This document shows, in pieces, positions 63,279-64,000 of a DNA stretch of 64,000 nucleotides. A program made the position numbers and the translations under genes. The notes beneath the pieces were generated by a model. It saw only the letters and a program-made list of their open reading frames with translations, was not told the DNA's origin and ran no database searches. This stretch comes from Mytilus trossulus (lineage: Eukaryota): the NCBI RefSeq assembly GCF_036588685.1, contig NC_086376.1, positions 9,982,001 through 10,046,000 of the forward strand, given 5' to 3'. Position 1 is the stretch's first letter. The number at the start of each line of letters is the position of its first letter.

Positions 63279-64000
63279 TGTAATGGTACCTGCTTTAATC
63301 TCTAGCCATACAGATCTACAGAGAAAATGGGTCGGTTAAGTGGGTGTCCCCGGCTATGCGTTTTTTTTTAATTTTTTTTTTTATCGAATTTGGCTTTATT
63401 TCAATGTTTCAGACGATTTTTTATTGCCTTTTAAAAAGCCAACCCCAGAATTGCTTAGTGACCCTCCCGTTAAAGTACTAGTCAATAGCTATTGATTAGA
63501 GCAGAATCTATTATATCGCCATACAGAACTGGCGAGGCAATGTGTCGGTTAATTGGAGCCCCATGCCCCCCCCCCCCCCCAACCCCCGTGAATGCGTATC
63601 ATTATATTTTTATATTGTAAATGCTAAATACAAAACCGTAAATATGACTATAGTCTATAGGAATATTTATTTTAGATAAGTTTCTGTGGAAATATATATC
63701 AGTGAGTTAAAAACAGACACACATATCCCTTTCATTCTCTTTTACCTTTTAAGTCCCGTTATTTATCTACTATCGATTTATGAGGGTCGTTATAGGGGTT
63801 CCTTCATGACCCTTCATGACTAGTAACGGTAAAAATTCGCACCAAATGACGTTTAACGGTAACTTTTGGTGTAAGACGATAAAAAATGTACACGTTCTTT
63901 TAGACAATATAAACACCGACTGATTTTGACGTTTTTTCTCTCCAAAAATGATAGTAACGATAATTATTTGAGACCTCTGCACGATAGGTATATATTGAGT

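Overview
AT-rich animal genomic DNA, most likely a bivalve such as Mytilus (inferred from the repeat types), with an assembly gap at 8201-8614. The window is dominated by one large spliced + strand gene, a PARP14-like macro-PARP. I reconstructed 24 coding exons by hand (10203-55153, about 2225 aa, all GT-AG and phase-consistent). Its architecture is a long disordered N-terminus, RRM-like region, KH-like region, three macro domains, KH, WWE and a PARP catalytic domain. Two features stand out: the catalytic triad is H-Y-E rather than the H-Y-L of vertebrate PARP14/15, and a duplicated macro2-type module sits where the hydrolase-type macro1 would be. A cluster of STAT (GAS) and IRF (ISRE) motifs surrounds a putative non-coding first exon near 7.1 kb. 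The introns contain a structurally complete but inactivated DIRS1-type tyrosine-recombinase retrotransposon, a sense-oriented hammerhead-ribozyme retrozyme inside a long fold-back, many TIR MITEs with visible TSDs, Helitron/HINE-like elements, Penelope/LINE remnants and satellites.
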